Shown here: in pieces, positions 28,556 to 43,277 of the stretch
Position numbering within the stretch: position 1 is the stretch's first letter
Layout of the letters: every line of letters begins with the position of its first letter
Origin: Octopus sinensis
Taxonomy: Eukaryota
Assembly (NCBI RefSeq): GCF_006345805.1
Contig: NC_043008.1
Coordinates: 30,256,001-30,320,000, forward strand
Direction: 5' to 3'
DNA: 64,000 bases
Notes under the pieces: model-generated
What the model saw: only the letters and a program-made list of their open reading frames with translations
Told to the model about the DNA's origin: nothing
Database searches by the model: none
Position numbers and translations under genes: made by a program

Positions 28556-30045
28556 CCTGTGTTTGCAGTACCATTACCCATACCAACATTTGGGCTGCTT
28601 GATTGTACGTTTGTTGAGATTCAAGCCATTGATGTGAAATCCCGAAAAATACTAACAAGCACAAATAATTTCCACATAAACTGTGATGTAGACCGCATCT
28701 GCCTAAAACCAAAACAAGGAGGCAGAGACTTAACACAAACCAAAATTGCCTTTGAATGACGCATCATATCCCTTCAGCAACATCTTTTAACCACCAAGAG
28801 TCGAGGTGCATCCCTTGACCAAGGTTGCATATATGAGACTGACAACATCATAAGACTTGGAAGAGAACACTTGGAGCAACACTCTTTGTCTGATAACCTA
28901 GAATACATTCACAAAGAATTCGTATGACTCTACCGCAACGTATCATTAGATGAAAGGATGAGCTTATATGAGCAGAAGACTGCACATCGATGTGTGCAAA
29001 CCAGGAACAAGAAATATCAATGAAGTACCTGAGGAACAAAATTGATAGGGATGCAGGAATAGCAGCAACATGAGACAACCGATGCAGACTTTGTGGAGTT
29101 TACACTGGAGATATCATACATATCATAATCAGTTGTCAGAAAATATCATCACGGTATTGTTTACCCATGAGACATGATGTTGTAGCTAGGACACTATAAG
29201 GAAATCCGTCAGAAGAATAATTCCAAGGGCAAAGAAATAAGAACCCATAATATGGTAGAAGCCACAGCCACTCATGATAGAAAGGAATACTGGTGGAATA
29301 TCCCAGTGAAGACCTCAATAAAATGTAAGGACAACAGACCTGATATAATGATTTGGAATAGAGAAGAGAAACTGTGCACAATTGTGGAAAATAACTGCCC
29401 AGCGGATGTTAACCTAAAGCTGAAAATCAGTGAAAGAGAGAACACCTATGCTGAACTATTGAGAAATCTGCAGTTACTCTATCCAGATTGCAAGTTTAGG
29501 TTTATATCTTTAATTATTGGGGGACCCTGCCTAAATAGCAATCTTGAGAAATTAGGCTCATTAAGTAGACCGTCTTTACCTAAACAAAAACAAGGCATCA
29601 GAGTATGGTGGACGCCATAGCTACTCATAATAGAAAGGAGTACTGGTGGACTATCCCAGTGAATACCTCATTAAAATCTAAACACAATATACCTGATAAA
29701 AGGATTTAGGATAGAGAATAGAAACTGTTGAAAGTTATGGAAACCAGTTTCCCAGTTGATGCTAACATAAAGCCAAAGAAACGTGAAAAAGAGTACACCT
29801 ACGCTGAACTATTGAGAAATCTGTAGTTACTCTATCCAGATTACAAGTTCAGGTTTATACCTGAAATAATTTGGGTTCTGGGATATATAAAACATTGCCT
29901 AAATAGTAATCTTGAGAAATTTGGCTTCTCAAAACCAGAAAGGAGAAAGCTGATTCGAACACTACAGATCGAAGCAATTGCTGGAACTGTAAAAATCTGC
30001 GAAACTTTCCAGTAGTTTATCGTTTAAGTATATATGAGCATATCT
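28556..30045 (+). mobile_element. 5'-truncated, decayed R4/Dong-like non-LTR retrotransposon (RT thumb, CCHC knuckle, restriction-like endonuclease)
   Basis: FAVPLPIPTFGLLD...IDVKSRKILT...HINCDVDRICLKPKQGGRDL (28559-28759, thumb region). CRLCGVYTGDIIHIIISC...RHDVVARTL (29083-29196, CCHC plus RHD). WWNIPV...NRPDIMIWNREEKLCTIVENNCP (RPD at 29336, RLE). Multiple stops and frameshifts. Confidence 0.85.
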
Positions 30046-30258
30046 AGTTATGCAAGTATATGTATGAGAAGACACACATAAAATAAAATGTACAAATCTG
30101 CACCTATACAAATATCCATACATACATACCCTGCTGTGGATGAAATTCCAATGAAGGAGCTTTGGATCTAGTTTCTGCATTGGCAAGAAATCTTGAAAAC
30201 TGAATAATGACATGCATACATAAATATACATGTATTATAAACACACACGCATACATGC

Positions 30259-30372
<114 letters not shown>

Positions 30373-33300
30373 AAGAAATTATGGAGATAAACAAGTTAGA
30401 CACATCAAATATATTAAATACATCAAATGCAAAATATGTATGCAAAACTAGAGAGCAAACGGTGGAAACGTTTAGATGACGAATTTATGTGAATTAATAT
30501 ATAGATACTTATATTATTAGGTCCAATTTACACAAAGCACAAACGACAGAGAAAATTAAAGGGACGGAAGAAAGCTATTATAAGTCCAACAGCTGTTTCT
30601 GTGTGTTTGGCGATCCACAATAATATTGTTCTTCACAAAATGCGACCGTGGAGTCTCCGTCATCATGGTAGAGAAGATCTTACATTTCAGATCTTTATCA
30701 CATAGAAATATTCTCTATTGGGCGGTTTTACACAAACACGAAATGTTTACTGACCCCGTGAGAATTCTGTGAGATCGCAAGGAATAGCGTGTTAGAATAG
30801 AATAACTCTAGCCTAGTTCGACAAAATGATGACGAGAGCTATCAGTCACTGAGTAATGAAACACTGTTGTCTTGATTTCATTCTACATCAATTGCCAACA
30901 AGGTGTATATTGTTTCGATTAAATTCATTAGAATAATTCGAGGCTGATTGGCAACAAATACCTACAAGCATAAATCGTTGCTGCATTTTTTTATCATAGG
31001 TAAGTTTTTACTTTTTTCAGGCTTCCAAGAGATCCTGAGAAACCTTTGAAAAGTATATAATATCATTTCCCAAATTAACACAATTTTTAAAGTCAGTAAA
31101 ATATTTTACATTGAGACTAACACTGTTGTACAACATTGTTGTTAAAGATTTCTGATTACGAAGTTTCTTCACAGAAATATCTCTTCCAGTTCAATCACAT
31201 TATGCAACCCCTTTGGCAAGTCTCTTGTAAAATAGCGTTGGTGAGCCCAGGCTGAGAGAACAGTTCTTTTTATTGATGATAGAAATAATTTATCACCTAG
31301 TTTGACACTACCATACGAGCAAGAGTAATCTTATGCCTTTCTCCAACAACTTTAGAAGCTTTAAAAATGCGAAGCATTACTTTCACTCTTCTCTCTCAAT
31401 TTCATGCTAATATTTTCTTTTTTAACTATTGACAGCGTTTCCAATTGGAACTGTATTTGAACAGTTTAGTGTTAATTTCAATGTTATACTTTAAAAAATA
31501 AATCACTAAAGCATACTGAACCTTTTGTAAAACATTCCTCGGTGATTCATTTCCTTAGCTGGATCTAAGCAAAATATAAATTGCTTACTAGCAAAACTGC
31601 AATATGCGAGTTAAGTGTCTAGAGTTACAAGTGATAGAATATAATTTATTGATGAATTGGTCAGTTGTCTGATGTTCTTCTGAGATGGCTAATTAGAAGC
31701 CTATTGAGTTGGTTAATTGGTAGTTCATTACTTATTCTATCAACACTATTCAGATTAAATATAAATAATCAGTGGAAAAGAACAAACCAAATTTAAATAC
31801 TGAAAAATATCAACTATAGTTCTTTGTTCCTTCCATCTCAGAATAGCATGCGAGGAAAATAATATATAATTACTGGTGACTATTGTATAGACATCGGAGA
31901 AAGTAGTAGGAGAAGAGAAAAAAAAGTATACGGAACCAAAATATGCAGAGATTAGATTTCTTCCTTGTGTTCTAATTTCAAATAGAATTGCAGACTGACT
32001 GATAAAATAAGTGCCACCTATGAACTACAGACGAACCATTCAGCTATATCACTTGTGTGCAAATGTTTGTCCTTGTGCTTATATAAAAGGAATCGTTGTA
32101 AAAACATGAGCAGGATAAAAACTTGATGTTTACTGAATTTGTACATCAAATGAAACATCACATATAGTTCTCGCTTCGGAACTTGATATAACAAATTAAT
32201 TTAACCATATAGAGAAGACCATGTTCGGTGGAACGAGTAAAAAAATAATTAGATCATAAGGCTGACAAACCACAAACACACGTACAAGTTTATTTCGGTA
32301 AGATATTTCTTCTTATTTTTAACTATTATTTATATTTATTATAGTGAATTATAAGTGAATTATAAACATGGCGTGTTTATCGTTTTATGTTTGTTCAAGT
32401 ATCTATCAATCCATCTAGATATCAATATCTTTCTTTCTCTCTCCTTCTCATTCTCTCCTCTCTCTCTCTCTCTCTCTCTGTATATATATATATATATGCA
32501 TTTCTGTATATATACCTACTTAAAAGGCGGACAGTTAGACAATCGGACGGACATACATATATGCATGTATGCATGCATACATACATGCACGCACGCATGC
32601 ATACATGCATACGTACATACATACATGCATACATACAGGGATGGATGGATGGACGGATGAAGATACGTATGAATCCAAATGTAAATAAATTCCGGTGAAG
32701 ATCATAATAATGACCAATGAAAAATGAGTTGCTGAGTATAGAATAAATACAGTTTTATTGTTTTATTTTAACATGGCCCAGCTGTTACTACATTTATCTC
32801 AACAGACGAGAGTTGTGACATCTAGCTATCTTGTAAGATGATAATAAAACTATATATGATATTCAAGCGCACGCACGTTCACATGTATTTGTGTGTTTGT
32901 GGGTGTACATAACATAATTTGTTTAATATATTCGCTTATCTGAGTGAAACACAACCCTTGTTTGCTATGCTTGTTTAAGGTCATTTATGAGATAAGGGTA
33001 TCGTCACGACAAGCATTATATACGATGGGCAACGCATAGAGTGTAAATGTAATAAAGTTCAAAGTTGATAGAAAATATCATGCTGACGTTGTGCGCATGA
33101 CTGGAAGCAGAAAGGTTGAAAGAACATTGTAATTTCATTGTTACAACATCCAGGTCTATTTTCAACAACCAAATCAGATTTCATGACTCACGTAAAATAC
33201 AAAGCGCGAATAGAAAGAAAAACCTTATACTTGTTTAAAAACAACTGGCATGTTTAAACAGTGTGAATATAAATAAATTATATATCTTCCTGATATATCT

Positions 33301-33378
33301 GAATGATGTATGTACAAAAGGGTGTATTTGTTTGTGTGCTTATGTGTACTACCTCAGCTATGTATGCTTGTGCGTGTG

Positions 33379-33428
<50 letters not shown>

Positions 33429-35340
33429 TGTGTATGTGTGTGAGCGTGCGTGTGAGTATCTAGATTAAAAACACTATATGAGAAGGTATACACAGCTATG
33501 ACTTGTCTGCATTCACTGATCACATGCAAATACTCAGTAAAACAGACTTAAAGACTTTCCCTCACATACGTGTACGTGTGTAAATGTAACTGTATGTATG
33601 CGTATATACACACACGTATAATTATATTTATCCATTTATGTGTACACAGACACGGCACACATTCACAAACACACATGCAAACATACACACACACATATAT
33701 ATGTACATACGTGGAAATACACATACATATTGCGTCGATTCGTAAGATTAAGCGATTGATCTTTCACAAGTAATTTAGCTTTCAGCTAAAACATAAAATT
33801 ATATATTACTCTCTACTTCGTTATAAACTGGCAATGCGTTTTTTTTTTAACTAACGCATAAATTTGTGTATACAGACTTATATACATGCATATATGCATA
33901 AGGATATATGCGTGCGTTTATTGGTATGTGTGTTTGGGCTTATGTGTAAGTTCTGGAAGAGAATGTACATAAATATGTGTACACAACATAGTGTTATATC
34001 ATATTAAGTAAACAAGTCAGTATCTAAAACGTGTGGCAGTAACAGAAGCAAAAGTAAAGAAAGTTCTCGATTGTCAACAATTCGACTGTATTCCATTCTA
34101 TTAAAACCTGCAACTTGAATCACACTACTAGCGTCTACGAGCCGAACGTAAGAGCTTCACTCAAATATATCTAGTTACAGATATAGAAATGAATCAACTA
34201 GTTTATGATATAATCTTCTCAAGAATGCTAAACTGAGATGTTAAGGGTATCATGTGCGTTGGGAATATATAATCATACAAACATCAACAAAGCTGAATGA
34301 GATCTTTAACAATGTAAACAAGGACATATGTATTACATACGTAAATAGACCCAGTCACTAATATTTAACAGTAATAGCTGACGAACATTTGATAGAAGTA
34401 GCATCTTAAATTGTGTCAAACGACACATGAATGAACTATATCAAGTCACAGAGCACGTCACCAGACATGACTATGCAACTGGCGTCTCATTCATTAAACT
34501 GTATTAATGTTTCCGTTGAATTTTTCTTTTATGCGCATGTGTGTGCGCGTGCATGTGAGGGTGTGTGTGTGTAGTTGTTAGTATGTGTATAGTAATTAAT
34601 ATGTGTGTTTGTGAATGAAAGCTAATGACTGGCTGCGCTCCAGCGTAGGAATATTGCGTACTAGTGACGTTGAATTAGGCATGGGTGAATCATGTGTTGA
34701 CAGTCGACTTTTTTTACTGTAGAAAGAAATGTTAAATTCGGAGTATTGGTGGTTTGATGATGTTTTCTCTCATTCAAAATCGGTTGTAGCTACCGCCATA
34801 TGCATGGATCGACACGAGATTACTTTTATTGGATAATGACAACACGGATGAGGCGAACCCCTGGGGACCATGGATGTGTGTGTATATATATATATTCGCA
34901 CGCACACATGCATATATATGTATATGGATTTATATGTATGTGTGTATTTCTGTTGAAGATCATAGAAGAATGCAAGCCGTACCTCAATAATAGCAGGAAG
35001 TGAAGATTATACCTGGCCGAGAAGAGGGCTATTATAAAATGCACTCAACGCCCATATATTTACCTCAATTGTAGCAGCGAGATGTTTAAGCTTTATCCAC
35101 ATGAAAGAAAATTAATTTCATCTTACTTCGCAGCCCACCAAGACTACAACCACGGGTTCCCTGCTTCCACCTTCCGCAAATGACCTTCAACCCATGCCCT
35201 AGGGTCCAGTATAAAGAGTTTGACCATGGCACACCCCATTCCACCCATGTACACATACGCACACACCAATGAGGTGGACACCCTGCAGTTAACTATTCGG
35301 CACCACACCCAGCACATACCCCATCACACAAATTATACCC

Positions 35341-35392
<52 letters not shown>

Positions 35393-35404
35393 AATTAGAT
35401 AAAA

Positions 35405-35860
35405 CTTAGATATGTTTCGACCAAAGATTGGTCCAGGCCATGTCTAACTTAATAGCACCACCTGATAGATTATCTAAATCCTTTTTAAGTCAAAGTTTGT
35501 TCATGGTCCATTCAAGTAGTGAGTTGTATCAAGGTATGGGTGGCTTATCCGGTATTCCTTGAAGAAATCAGTTCAGACTCCGTTTAAAGATCTCTTTGAT
35601 CTCTTTCTGAACAGTGTTAAACAGGGCAGGGCCTGTTGAGGAAAAGTGTACCTATATGCTGTGATCCTGAATTGGGCAGGGGAAGTATGACGCTGGCGGT
35701 ATGCTGGCGGTATATTCTTCACATCGTACAAATAACGTACCGCTCGCGGCGGCGCTTGAGAGAGTAGAGTTTCAGAGCTTTAAGGCGGTCCCAATGATCG
35801 AGATCAGCCATGCCTTCAATTCGCTTAGCGAGTGCCCTCTGGGGTGATTCAATCCTCGAG
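35405..35860 (-). mobile_element. CR1-clade (CR1/L2/Crack-like) LINE 3' end, decayed
   Basis: Minus strand reads SRIESPQRALAKRIEGMADLDHWDRLKALKLYSLKRRRERYVICTM*RI, matching the conserved E..QR...I.G...L.Y..RL..L.LYSL.RRRER C-terminal RT motif. Later FSSTGPALFNTVQKEIK, then a short 3' UTR. Confidence 0.8.
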
Positions 35861-35882
35861 ATTTTTGTTTTGTATGGGGTCA

Positions 35883-36060
35883 TGCGGAAATCATATACAA
35901 AATATTAGCTATGACGTTATAATTTGATTCATATTGCTTGTAGCTATTTCTCTTCTACACATAGAGTCAACATTGTCCTACATAAGTATATTGAGAGAGT
36001 TATTGCGCATGTAACATGTAAAGGATATGTTAAAATTTGTGACACACACACACATATATA
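35883..36060. repeat. ~175-bp near-identical direct repeat, copy 1 (copy 2 at 37072-37245)
   Basis: TGCGGAAATCATATACAAAATATTAGCTATGACG...GCGCATGTAACATGTAAAGGAT at both sites, offset ~1189; each is followed by (CA)n(TA)n. Confidence 0.92.
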
Positions 36061-36099
36061 TATATAAATACATTTATATATACATGCATACATACACAC

Positions 36100-36174
<75 letters not shown>

Positions 36175-36295
36175 TGATACTTCTGCGTGCATTTATAGGT
36201 GGAGCAGTATCAGTGTTTTTCAAATGCGTATGTCATTAATTTTGTACATTTTGTACACATAAACAAGTAAATATGTATGTATAAATATATATATA

Positions 36296-36349
<54 letters not shown>

Positions 36350-37071
36350 TATATATATATATATATATATATTGTATATATATATATATATATATAGTCA
36401 TGCTTATGCAAACACACACATACATACACACATCCACACTCACCTACATTAACATTTTTGTATGAATCTATATACATATATATTAAAAAGAAATTTATTA
36501 TTATTCGGTGTCCACGACTGAGAACCGCCAACTTTTTTATAAAATATTTTTCGTAAAACATACCTCAGGCTTGTTTGTCACGCAATTATTGAGTTTCTCT
36601 TTCTGATATGTTCGTTAATAAGACGTTGTCAGTCTCGCTGTAACACTATTAAATCCTAAGGATATGTTTTGTATTTATGTCTGCGAATAGTCATTAAGTT
36701 TTGTCTTTACTTATATAGATTATAAAGTAACATCAGCATTTGATATTTTTGTGTCATGTAAGTATCACATCTCTTGCCTATTCCACGATAAGCTTTGACA
36801 GTTTCGATAAGATACTACTTTATTTCAATTTTACTTTTGCATTTGGCTTTCAAGAAATCAAATATTTTTTGGAAGACAAAAGAAAAATATAACTATTATT
36901 ATTGCCACATCTTTGATTTCCTGATATTTCAAAGCCCTTTAGTTAATGGCATAGAATTTCCTTATCAATTTAATAGAGAGCTGGTGAAGTCATAATACAT
37001 GCAGTCAACTTTTTCACTCAAAGAAGCTTCAAAGTTGTCTTAACGGAAATGTTTTATATCGCTTTCCTCAG

Positions 37072-37245
37072 TGCGGAAATCATATACAAAATATTAGCTA
37101 TGACGTTATAATTTGATTCATATTGCTTGTAGCTATTTCTCTTCTACACAGAATCAACATTGTCCTACATAAGTATATTGAGAGAGTTATTGCGCATGTA
37201 ACATGTAAAGGATGTGTTACATTTGTGATACACACACACATATAT
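37072..37245. repeat. ~175-bp direct repeat, copy 2
   Basis: Nearly identical to 35883-36060. Confidence 0.92.
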
Positions 37246-37277
37246 ATATACATATATATGCATATATATATATAAAT

Positions 37278-37360
<83 letters not shown>

Positions 37361-37819
37361 CACTCACACACATATAAGTGTATATGCAATATATGATATT
37401 CCTTTCACTATTACGCTTCAAATCGCTAGTAAATACTCAAACTCTATTGAATAGCAGGTTTCAAAGACAGCTTACATTTACATATACGTCAAATGCATTG
37501 TCAAAGCTAAATTGCCCTCTAGCTATTAAATTAATTTATATGTAAATTACAAATTTCCTATCTACAAATGGATTATTAGTTTAACCTTTCCCATATATAA
37601 ATATATATGCAGATAGATGATAGAAAATGGGTTGAACGACATTCTAAACTTCATGCCTCTTGTTATGATACATTTCTACATCCGTAGTAAACTGGTGAAA
37701 TGTAGTGTAATCAGTATCATGCATCCAAGTTGTAAAATGCTCCTTCTTAGGTTATTGTTAAAATAAGTCCTTTGTTAGAACCTAGCGACATTTCACACAG
37801 TATAGTAATGTCATGACAT

Positions 37820-37947
37820 TTTCAACAGTTTACAGGCAAAACTAAACCAATATTTATAGTGTCAGACGAAATACAGTTACAATAGAAAAACTGTATTTTG
37901 TCTGTTACTATATCTATGGGTTTAGTTTTGCCTGTAAACTGTTGAAA
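37820..37947. mobile_element. Fold-back palindrome (MITE-like), ~128 bp
   Basis: TTTCAACAGTTTACAGGCAAAACTAAACC is a perfect 29-bp inverted repeat with GGTTTAGTTTTGCCTGTAAACTGTTGAAA; inner arms CAGACGAAATACAGTT / AACTGTATTTTGTCTG. Confidence 0.7.
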
Positions 37948-40900
37948 GTGACACATCACATTCGGTATGCATTCTCACCCTCAGTGAAATGGCGTTACAA
38001 TCCCCAAAAGACTTATTTAAACAATAATCTGAGGAAGAGCATTTTGCACTTTGGATGCATGATAAGAATTACACATCTCACCAATATACTACGGATTTAG
38101 AAATATTTCGAAACAATTGTAGTATTTTTAAATACAAAATATCGTTCATTCAATTTTCTATAATTTATCTCTTTATATAAACTTTAAGGATGCAATATAA
38201 TTCCTGATACATATCCAGTAGCTGGATCCTTTCGCAAGTTGCCAATATCTGTAGCCAAGATTTATATAGCATTCTACAAGTTTTATACTCGAATCATTTT
38301 AACCGTACATATGTATGTACACGTGTGTATTTTTGCTTGTGCTTTTCCAAACATTATACTGTGATACACTTGGATACACGATCTATTATGTTACGTGGAG
38401 TTTTTGTTTATTTCGTGGCTTTTCATTATCTAATACTCTCGCCGAAATGATTCATCAAGTGTTCATCACGACCCAACTTGTTAGCGCTACTCAAAGTAGA
38501 TCTTCCCTTTCATTGAATCCAAATTTCTAAGTCACAACCACGTCGATGTTACCTGAGTTGGCTTCATAGCCAACATGACGGGCTTCCATTTACTAGACTT
38601 TGTGATTTGCAGCACGTCGCATGTTCTGTAACGAGACTTGCCTGCAAACTCTCTGCACCAGTAGAATCATGCATTTGTTCCACCTCACTGTTTAGGCATA
38701 ATTCTATAAACTCCTCGTATATCATTCTCACCCTCACATTTGCCTCGTAAGTAAGGACATTGAAATGGTGAGTGCTAAGAAAAACAGCCGCTTGGATGCT
38801 TCTCAAAGCAACACCATGTACGGCCTTAGGTATTTTGAAGTAATATTTGAGGGAGCTTCTGTTTCCTCTCCAGATTAATTTCCAGCTCCTAGTCCTGGGA
38901 TAGTAGGCTCGGAAGCTACCACTAGGCTGTTATATCCCCTTTTGCTAGGTAACGAACCTGACAGATGGCCTTTTTTTTCGCGTCGTCCTTGACAAATGCG
39001 ATAGCATTCTTCTTTGCATGGAAAAGTTTGCACTGGATAATCCTAGAGAGAATGATGTCTGCAATGAATAACTTTCTTACGAGTTCGAATATAACTCAGG
39101 CATGGGGAATTCCGCACAGATTTACTTCACTAAATTCCGCTCTTAACGTAAGATTGACGCGATGACTCCAAGAGTATAGTAGAAGAAATGCGTTTATACT
39201 GCGGTTCAATTAGGAACACATTGTTTTGAAGCAAGTTTTTTTAATTAACCAGCTTTACCTAAACTTGAAGTTACTCGAATTAAAATCGCACAAGAATGCG
39301 ACTGAACAGTATAACACATTTCTATGATGTAAGAGCAGAATTCCTTTTTCGTTTGTTCTTTTGTTTTTGTAGGAATACAATAATTGTTTGATTAAGCACG
39401 ACACTTGCATTGACTTGAAACATTTTCCCCGAACGTATCTTGAAATAGCCTTCATTCTAGAGTAGAATTCGTACTAAATATTTGTCCCAATTCTCCTTCA
39501 TATATATTCTGAATAAGTCTATTGTTTATGAATTTTCTTTAAATATTTCACAACATCGTTTACGTGAAGTTCAGTGTTATATACGCGGCATTTCATAAAG
39601 CTTGCTCGATGTGAATTTAAATATGAATAGAGTCAACTTTATTGTTAATCTCTTAGACATCAATTGAATAATATATCAATAATAGATATGGGAATATTCA
39701 ATCAAATCTGAGTAAAATAGAAAGTTTATGAAAAAAAATAGAGAGAGTTGACATCAGAGCAAAATGGGGAAATAGAATATATTCTATAATTCCGCTTTAA
39801 CCATCTATAATTGTGAAAATGAACTGAAACACTTCCCTATAATCAGCTGCATTCTATGTGAGTAAAAAATCGATAGTAGACAAGTAGATGCCATCTTGAA
39901 TGTATAGTGTATCGTGAAGGAAATATGATCGGTCCCATGAAAGTAAAAGAAAATTGTTTTGTTTCAATGACTATAATCATAGAGATTTATGTCATCACAA
40001 ATATATATGATATTACTTGGAAAGTAAATTGCTGTAAACCAACAGAGAATATAGCTTGAAATTTTGCTACCAATGGATATACATAGTTTTTAAACTATTG
40101 CATTTAATTCAATGTCAGTATAGTTGGGACAACACTAACGTCTGTTGAGAAAAGCGTGTTATATAGTAGCAATGACGTTTTAAACTTTTGCGTAGATTAT
40201 GTTATGTTCTGGAAGATTTTATAAATCTCGATTCACTATCATTTTTCATATCTTCCTATATATACGCTAACATATAGGATTATAACATAGATTATCCCAT
40301 CCTCCAAAAAGTATTTTCCTTAGAATTGCCAGATTTACGATATCATTTCCACTATCTGAAAAGTAAATAACCACTTTTTTTTATTATATCTTATTTCTTT
40401 CCCGTCTCAGAGCCTTTCAGTGCAATTTCTGTAGAATTTGAAGCCATCGCTTCCCTTTGAGAATTTTCTTGCAACTAGCAAAGATACTAAAAGTGTCTTG
40501 CCCAATAATCTTTAATACTTTCTGCCATCCGCCTACTTATAGCGAGTATATTATGCTTTTAGGTAATTCTTACATGTCCATCTCTCTTTTTCATTTATAA
40601 AAACTCATAACACCACGGGAATGGCCATCATGAGTCTCCTAACTACTATCCTGGTAACTCCTTTACATGTTGATACTTTGAATATTTTAACAGCATCAGT
40701 ATACATGTATCACATGTAAACCAAGTAGCAGCTTTCGTACTGTACATTCTTTTCACGCATAAGTTACTCACTGCCAAATATCTAATCAGTTCCAGACCTT
40801 AAAATTATGTAACCATAATGAAATCATAAACTCAGGATTGACCTCCCAATATTCCTTTATCTACGATTATTTCACAGTACTTCTAGCCAAAATTCTAATT

Positions 40901-41971
40901 CGAATCCATTCCAGACCTCAAATCCTGTCCGAATTCCTCTTCTATGCCCCAGAACAAATTAGGAAACGACAGCGGATAGTCTTCGTAAAAACAATTTAGA
41001 CATACTAAAATCGTATGCAACTTTTATTTAACGATCCTGTCACTATTTCAGTACACCATTAATCCCACAGTCTTATCACTTCTTATTTATACGGAGATCC
41101 TACTAGAATAGTGGCTTCTACTCCTTTGAGAGCAAACTATTAGCTAAATTAAAGCTAGTAAACTTCGTATGCTTAACTATTTTCCACTTTTTAAATCTAA
41201 GGTATCGCATACTTACATTATACATGTTCCCCTTCTGTTCCCTTTCAAATACGAAAAGTAATGAGTACAGAATTATGTAATGAGGTTTGATTGAAATTCT
41301 AAGGTTATAATAAGTGAGTATGCAATGTGTATGACATTCTAAATATTGTCAAAATATAAGTTATAGATATGTCATTAGACGGACCGGTCTCATATAACAG
41401 GAAAGGTTTCCTTTATCTGGGTTTGAAGGTTAACTTTAGTTTTCATAATCCAATGGTGAAGCGAAACGACAAAATATATAATTGAAAGTAAATATTGAGA
41501 AACCGTGCAGTCGACGACACGGCCCACATAACTGGAATCTCACATACTTTTTAGAAATGTATTAATATCACAACTTTCATTATCCACAGTTATGCACGCT
41601 TATGGTAGAGGTGAAGTAAAATAAATATTTTGTAAAAGTATTTCAATAAAAAGAGATAGATCTGTCACAAAATGAAGTAGATTGCAGCAAAGAGGGCCAT
41701 TAAAGATAAACTATGTAGTGTAGATTAAATAAAACTTAGAAAATTAAATAATAAATGTGAGATAATATCAGTTGATGTCGCATTTATATATCATTTCATT
41801 CAACAAAGATTCCATACATCCGTTGATACACTTCTGGCTTAAAGAAATACACACAACAATCAAAAGGAAAAATAACAATACATTATCTTTAAAGTTGCAT
41901 TAGTTTCCTATTTTGAATATTTACCATTTGATAATCTACAAACCCACGCGCACACACAGACACCTTGCCTC

Positions 41972-42023
<52 letters not shown>

Positions 42024-42116
42024 GTGTGTGTGTGTGTGTGTGTGTACATATTATATATATGTGTGTACATATATATATATGTATACATATATACATATAT
42101 ATATACATATATATGC

Positions 42117-42163
<47 letters not shown>

Positions 42164-42708
42164 TGTATGTATGTATATGCATATTATATATGTATGCATA
42201 TATGTATAATATATACATGTTTGTCTAAGAGAGTATCTGTATTTACATAGGAGTTCGCATGTATATGTGCTTGTGTTTGTTTATATAAATATATCATTTA
42301 GAAGACTGACGACTATACATTACGCCTCAGTTTTATATAAAATTAAAAAATACGTAACATAGACGAGCATACATGTACTTCTTGTATACATTTACACTCA
42401 CACGCACACATGAACACACATTGCATTATATATAAGAAAACATTTCTAATACAAGAAGTATATAATAATCACTGCTTACATCCTGCAATGAATTGGAGGG
42501 AATGATTCTGTCCTCTTCATCTCTCTGAAGAGAAAGTACTGTAAAGAAAAGTTGGACATTGTGTGTGTAGATGCATTTATCTGCCCATACACATACATAC
42601 AAGATTTTGTTCCTGAATCTAAAGGTACTGTCTAAGCACTTATAGATTATTGCAGTTCTTCTAAACAATATTGCCCCTAACACTCTATATATATAGTTAT
42701 AGCTATTG

Positions 42709-42742
<34 letters not shown>

Positions 42743-42816
42743 ATTGATATCTATAATTATATATATTTATATATATATATATATATATATCGATATCTAT
42801 AACTAATATAACAAAC

Positions 42817-42967
42817 AAGGGATTAAGTCGATTACATCGACCCCAGTGTGTAACTGGTACTTATTTAATCGACCCTGAAATGATGAAATGCTAAGTCGGC
42901 CTCGCCAGACGAAATGCCGCTAAGCACTTCACCCTGCGGGCTAACGATTCTGCCAGCTCACCACCTT
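42817..42967 (-). mobile_element. tRNA-derived SINE (internally deleted copy)
   Basis: Minus strand begins AAGGTGGTGAGCTGGCAGAATCGTTAGCCCGC (tRNA-like head, A box) and ends ...GGGGTCGATGTAATCGACTTAATCCCTT; homologous to 59041-59236. Confidence 0.75.
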
Positions 42968-42998
42968 CCATATACCTATATAGTAATACATACATATT

Positions 42999-43055
<57 letters not shown>

Positions 43056-43277
43056 GTGCGCTTATGCAGCCTTATCTCTATCAACTCTTATTATATCTAG
43101 CCATATAGGTGCTATTCAGCACCCTCTTTCGCAATTAGTGACATTTAAATGTCTCCTGTATAGTTTTATATTGCGCGTAGCTGGTTATATTAATTTTATA
43201 TTTACCTTATAATAATTCTGCTTGTCATTACTTTACTTAACCCATTGGTAACGCTTTCACTTGCTTAGAGAAAAAGT

